This document shows positions 7,785 to 11,229 of a stretch of DNA of 11,229 bases, piece by piece. How positions within the stretch are numbered: position 1 is the stretch's first letter; each line of letters begins with the position of its first letter. Origin of the DNA: a virus (taxonomy: Duplodnaviria > Heunggongvirae > Uroviricota > Caudoviricetes); IMG/VR virus record IMGVR_UViG_2778261502_000002, positions 1-11,229 of that record; one strand, given 5' to 3'. The notes under the pieces were generated by a model that was not told the origin of the DNA, made no database searches, and saw nothing but the letters and a program-made list of their open reading frames with translations. Position numbers and translations under genes: made by a program.

Positions 7785-8024
7785 TTACTGCTTGTTTGCT
7801 TCTAACGCTTCAGCTATTCGGCGAAGATACTCATTGTTTTTAAATGAAACCATGATGCACTCAAAGAATATTCGGCAAAATACAGCACATAACAAAAGCA
7901 CTAAAGCGCCAGCAGCCTTCCCATTAACAAACGTTATAATGGCGGCAACAACCAGAAGTAACATTGTGATGCCATACAGAACGTTGATGATTTTTGGAGT
8001 TATTAATTTATCAAATCCGAACAT
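7785..8024 (-). CDS. small membrane protein (79 aa, two predicted TM helices), moron
   Basis: ATG at 8024 with AAGGAA site 9 nt upstream. Two hydrophobic stretches: ITMLLLVVAAIITFV and AAGALVLLLCAVFCRIFF. Low GC. Flanked by its own promoter-like sequence and terminator. Confidence 0.55.
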   Translation of the reverse strand: MFGFDKLITPKIINVLYGITMLLLVVAAIITFVNGKAAGALVLLLCAVFCRIFFECIMVSFKNNEYLRRIAEALEANKQ

Positions 8025-8060
8025 GTGACAAATTCCTTATCGTGAAAGTAGAAGTATCAC

Positions 8061-8088
8061 ATTATAATTACGAGTGATTAATCAACAA
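8061..8088 (-). promoter_or_regulatory. candidate sigma70 promoter (TTGTTG-N16-TATAAT) for the small membrane protein gene
   Basis: On the minus strand, -35 TTGTTG is the complement of 8083-8088 and -10 TATAAT is the complement of 8061-8066, with a 16-nt spacer. It sits about 35 nt upstream of the ATG at 8024. Sequence-only prediction. Confidence 0.35.
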
Positions 8089-8163
8089 TCTTTTTGCATG
8101 GAAAGGAACCGATGATTTTCGGCGCATCCATGCTGTTCTGCAGAAGCTGGACGCCAATGTAAT

Positions 8164-8499
8164 TCACTTCACCTTCCGGCAATCATACGTCCAGAACTCC
8201 CGAGGCTCGTCCATATTTTTGCGGATAACTTCAACGTTGAGGATCGCTTTTTTGTTTCGTTTGATGTAGTCCATACCTAACCAACGTCCAGTATTAGGAT
8301 CAGGTAACATCCATTGCATCATGACATTATCGAAATCGTCTTTTTGTTTCAAAAAGGTCATTTTTTGTGTTTCTGGCTTTTGACCATTGATGTGCATGAG
8401 GCCATCATTACCAGCATCAAAGCGGAATGGTCCGCACTGCGTTGCCGCCGAAACTGTTAACGGCAGGGCCAAGAATAAACAAAAAAATACTTTTTTCAC
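8164..8499 (-). CDS. secreted/periplasmic small protein (111 aa, signal peptide), moron
   Basis: GTG start at 8499 overlapping the hub gene stop (GTGA), with a GGAG site 7 nt upstream. N-terminus MKKVFFCLFLALPLTVSA|ATQ is a typical Sec signal peptide with a VSA cleavage motif. Two Cys in the mature part. No lipobox. Confidence 0.6.
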   Translation of the reverse strand: MKKVFFCLFLALPLTVSAATQCGPFRFDAGNDGLMHINGQKPETQKMTFLKQKDDFDNVMMQWMLPDPNTGRWLGMDYIKRNKKAILNVEVIRKNMDEPREFWTYDCRKVK

Positions 8500-9530
8500 T
8501 CTACATCTCCGACTTTGTCCAAAGTGCCTTTTGCCAATAGTTCTTTGCCACCTTTAGCCAGGCAAAGCAGGTCCATATACCACGCCTGCCCTCGGGTGTC
8601 GCCAGTATAATCAATGCTGCCCACAATGTAATCACCGTCAGTATTAATGCTGGCAGGCTGTGACATGCCTGGCAGACCGTTAACGTAGAGATTACCGTCG
8701 CTTTCAGACTCATCCAGTAGTGCTGGCGATTTCGCTACCTGGTCATTACTCAAAGAGGCACGGTATACAGATGCCTGATCCAGACGAATAAGCCCACCGA
8801 GCTTAATATTTGGATTAATCAGACATCTGACATTTACGCCAGCTCCCATCGTCTGCTGTGGCATACCGATAAGCCCGGTGTTAGCATTCAACACCGTAGC
8901 AACACCAATATATTTATCTTCAGGAACAATATTTACCAGATTATTTTCATACCACCAGTTAGCCTTACACTGCCCTGCGATATGATTCATCAACCTTGAT
9001 GTGTTTTGATAAACAACGCGACCCCGGGGAAATACCGTTTCAGGCATGTCAGGAACTGCGCCGGATTCGATGCCATATGGTTCGAATGATTTCATACCCA
9101 GACTGAAAAGATCTCTGTACTTCCAGCCAGCTGCCACTGTGGTTTTCACACTTGCGTTCAGGTGGCCTTCCCAGCTGTCAATACACTGCAACATGATCCA
9201 ACTGTCTGTGGCATTATCTTTACCAGTGACAGTAAAACGGATATCTCCATTGAATATCATACCAACGTTTTCATCAGGATAATTACCTGCTGCATCCGGT
9301 TGCCCCTTGTATCCGGCAATAACCTGTATACGCGAAAACTCCTTCTGCATAATCCGGTTCTGAGTGGTAGGGGACAGGTTATAAACCTTAAAATTCCCAA
9401 CGAATCCATTGAATATGGTCGCAGGCATTTTCTGAATATTGAAAGTGACTTTAAGCTCAGAAATTTTTATCCCGTCGCCCTTATCATCAACAAGCAATAA
9501 TTCAAAGTGACGCATCCAGTTTTTCGACAT
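8496..9530 (-). CDS. baseplate hub / tail protein (Mu gp44 / P2 gpD-like), putative
   Basis: 344-aa ORF, ATG at 9530 with GGAG site 6 nt upstream. It immediately precedes the spike gene block in Mu-type order. The family call is by position and size only. Confidence 0.55.
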   Translation of the reverse strand: MSKNWMRHFELLLVDDKGDGIKISELKVTFNIQKMPATIFNGFVGNFKVYNLSPTTQNRIMQKEFSRIQVIAGYKGQPDAAGNYPDENVGMIFNGDIRFTVTGKDNATDSWIMLQCIDSWEGHLNASVKTTVAAGWKYRDLFSLGMKSFEPYGIESGAVPDMPETVFPRGRVVYQNTSRLMNHIAGQCKANWWYENNLVNIVPEDKYIGVATVLNANTGLIGMPQQTMGAGVNVRCLINPNIKLGGLIRLDQASVYRASLSNDQVAKSPALLDESESDGNLYVNGLPGMSQPASINTDGDYIVGSIDYTGDTRGQAWYMDLLCLAKGGKELLAKGTLDKVGDVE

Positions 9531-9532
9531 TG

Positions 9533-9835
9533 TTACTCCGTGAAAACATAGAGGTGTGAGAGCGTTCCAAGATCGAATTGCGTCGGATTCTCCTGCCCTG
9601 CCACGTCGCAGAGCACCACCAGAGAAAAACCCAGATCCATATATCGATACTGTGCCAGCAGGTCAGCCCCCGTAATCATCGGTATACCTGATATAATGGC
9701 GGAGCCATTGCTGTCAGCAAGATCCAGAACCCAGTACTCGCCTCGCCAGATGACAGACAGGTGATAAACCGAACCGTTAATTGTGGTGGCAAAAGTCTGA
9801 TTGTCAGCAACCAGTGGGATTTCTACGGCTTTCAT
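9533..9835 (-). CDS. hypothetical phage tail-module protein (100 aa)
   Basis: ATG at 9835 with AAGGTGA site upstream; the stop lies 2 nt before the hub gene start. No family recognised. Confidence 0.5.
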   Translation of the reverse strand: MKAVEIPLVADNQTFATTINGSVYHLSVIWRGEYWVLDLADSNGSAIISGIPMITGADLLAQYRYMDLGFSLVVLCDVAGQENPTQFDLGTLSHLYVFTE

Positions 9836-9838
9836 GAA

Positions 9839-10198
9839 TCACCTTCCCAGAAATAAATTGCTCAAATACCCATCAACAGTGGAGATACCTTCTTGCGCCA
9901 TCTGTGGCAGCGATTTCAGAATGGAATTATTCGGCGGCACCGTTGTTTTGGTGCCTGTATTCTGCACAGCAGACGTTCCGACTCCCTCGGTCATATTGTT
10001 TTTCGGGGCAATGCGAATACCTTTGCGGGTCATATCATCCGGGATAGCATCGACTGCTTCGCCGATGATCCAGGACGAACGATAGGACCATTCCACCAGC
10101 ATGCGGTTACGACTGGTGAAATTAGCCCGGTAGGTGGATGCAGAGTGCTGGTTAGGTGTCTGCATCCCTAATGGGCGACGCAACATACCAGGAAACAT
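9839..10198 (-). CDS. hypothetical protein, possibly the 3' fragment of a truncated upstream tail gene
   Basis: 119-aa ORF. An in-frame stop lies 27 nt upstream of its ATG, and its 5' end overlaps the start of the plus-strand exonuclease-like ORF, so the start context looks non-native. Confidence 0.3.
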   Translation of the reverse strand: MFPGMLRRPLGMQTPNQHSASTYRANFTSRNRMLVEWSYRSSWIIGEAVDAIPDDMTRKGIRIAPKNNMTEGVGTSAVQNTGTKTTVPPNNSILKSLPQMAQEGISTVDGYLSNLFLGR

Positions 10199-11229
10199 TC
10201 GATGAAGAGAATCAGGTTGAAGCTAAGGAAAATGATCCGGAGGAAATGGAAGGCGCTGAACATCCGCACAAGGAGAACGCTGGCAGCAATCCGCATTGCG
10301 ATTGCAGTGATGAAGCTGGTGAAGCGACAGCACCTGTAGAAACTGAAATCATGTGGCCGTCATATTTCGAGCCAGGCCGCTATGAAAACCTCCCGAACGA
10401 GGTTTATCACTCCGCCAACGGAATAAGCAGCACAATGCTGAAGGATGCCCGCATCAGCCTGATGTATTACCACGGACGGCACATTGCCGGAACTATTCCG
10501 GGCGAGGAAAGTGATGCATTGCTGCGTGGGCGGATTATTCACAGCTATGTTCTGGAAACGGATAAATTCGCTGATGAGTATGCCATTCCGGTACCGGTTC
10601 CTGAATATGTGGTTACTACTTCTAACGAACTGATCGCCATCATTAAAAAACACAATGCCAGTCTGCCAGCACCGATGACACCAGAGCAGATGAAAGAGTG
10701 GATCGAAAGCTACAACAGCACTCTTATACAGCCACTGTCGGTAAGTGCCGGGGCCGAAGAAACAGGCATCCTTTACTGTTCGCTTCCGGAGGAATTCCGG
10801 CGTATTCCTGAGGGGGAAAAACACACAGCATCAGCAATGAAAGCCTGTATTAAAGAATACAACGCAAACCTCCCTCCTCTGTTGAAAACCAGTGGATCAC
10901 GGGAGCAACTTCTGGAGCAAATTGAAACTGTAGATCCAGAACTGGCAAAAAAAGAACGTGCTAAATCTTTGCCTTACAACATCAGTGGCACAAAAGAGCA
11001 ATTAACCGAAATCGCACGGAAAATTCGCCCGGAACTGGTGACACTGGAAGACTGGCAAAAACGCCAGCAAGAAGAAAACGCCGGGAAAACGTTTATCAGT
11101 CCGGATATGTATGAACAGGCAAAAAATATTCACGCTGCACTGCAAAACAATACCGATGCAGCAAGGCTACTCAACCACCCGGATCGCAAATCTGAAATCA
11201 GCTATTTCGGGTTTGATGAAGAAACCGGG
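10171..11229 (+). CDS. partial ORF (at least 353 codons, runs off the window end), putative phage exonuclease (RecE/exonuclease VIII-like); 5' end uncertain
   Basis: Long open frame not in the ORF track because it has no stop within the window. An in-frame TAG lies at 10153-10155; candidate starts are ATG 10171, 10246 (GGAGG upstream) and 10351. The product is acidic and K/E-rich. The exonuclease assignment is from weak recollection and needs a search. Confidence 0.45.
   Translation, partial: MGDATYQETFDEENQVEAKENDPEEMEGAEHPHKENAGSNPHCDCSDEAGEATAPVETEIMWPSYFEPGRYENLPNEVYHSANGISSTMLKDARISLMYYHGRHIAGTIPGEESDALLRGRIIHSYVLETDKFADEYAIPVPVPEYVVTTSNELIAIIKKHNASLPAPMTPEQMKEWIESYNSTLIQPLSVSAGAEETGILYCSLPEEFRRIPEGEKHTASAMKACIKEYNANLPPLLKTSGSREQLLEQIETVDPELAKKERAKSLPYNISGTKEQLTEIARKIRPELVTLEDWQKRQQEENAGKTFISPDMYEQAKNIHAALQNNTDAARLLNHPDRKSEISYFGFDEETG

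Larger units (their letters stand above)
1094..11229. mobile_element. prophage remnant (e14/SfV-like lambdoid phage with Mu-type baseplate and tail fibres), continuing beyond the window
   Basis: Contiguous phage structural genes with coupled overlaps, an invertase remnant, tail-fibre and tfa genes, AT-rich end region and morons. The left boundary is inferred from where similarity to the SdsR terminator breaks down. Confidence 0.7.

Noticed and set aside
10360-10824. 154-aa minus-strand ORF in the track
   Set aside because: Lies entirely antisense to the long, compositionally coherent plus-strand exonuclease-like frame; no ribosome-binding site and odd composition. Treated as a shadow ORF.
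1-11229. CRISPR arrays, tRNA/rRNA genes, IS elements or transposases
   Set aside because: No regularly spaced direct repeats, no tRNA-like structure and no transposase-like ORF found on reading the window.

Overview
The left ~1.1 kb is chromosomal: a YebW-like small ORF, the Ser/Thr phosphatase gene pphA, and what looks like the 3' end of the sRNA SdsR/RyeB. From about position 1094 to the window end the sequence reads as an integrated, probably defective prophage. Its minus strand carries a Mu/e14-type baseplate and tail-fibre module (hub, spike, gp25-like, J-like, gp48-like, side tail fibre, tail-fibre assembly protein), mostly linked by overlapping stop/start codons. Three cargo insertions interrupt it: (1) a 300-aa ORF with a clear macro-domain signature and a tail-fibre-tip-like C-terminus, wedged between the fibre and its assembly gene; (2) a low-GC hexapeptide acetyltransferase that sits where the second half of an invertible tail-fibre segment would be, next to a C-terminal-only remnant of a Pin/Gin-type invertase; (3) a two-gene moron between hub and spike (signal-peptide protein plus small 2-TM protein) with its own promoter-like sequence and intrinsic terminator. 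At the right end a partial exonuclease-like ORF on the plus strand meets the tail genes head-to-head at an abrupt junction. All family assignments are from motif reading and recalled sequences, not database searches. The macro-domain ORF is the strongest candidate for something undescribed.
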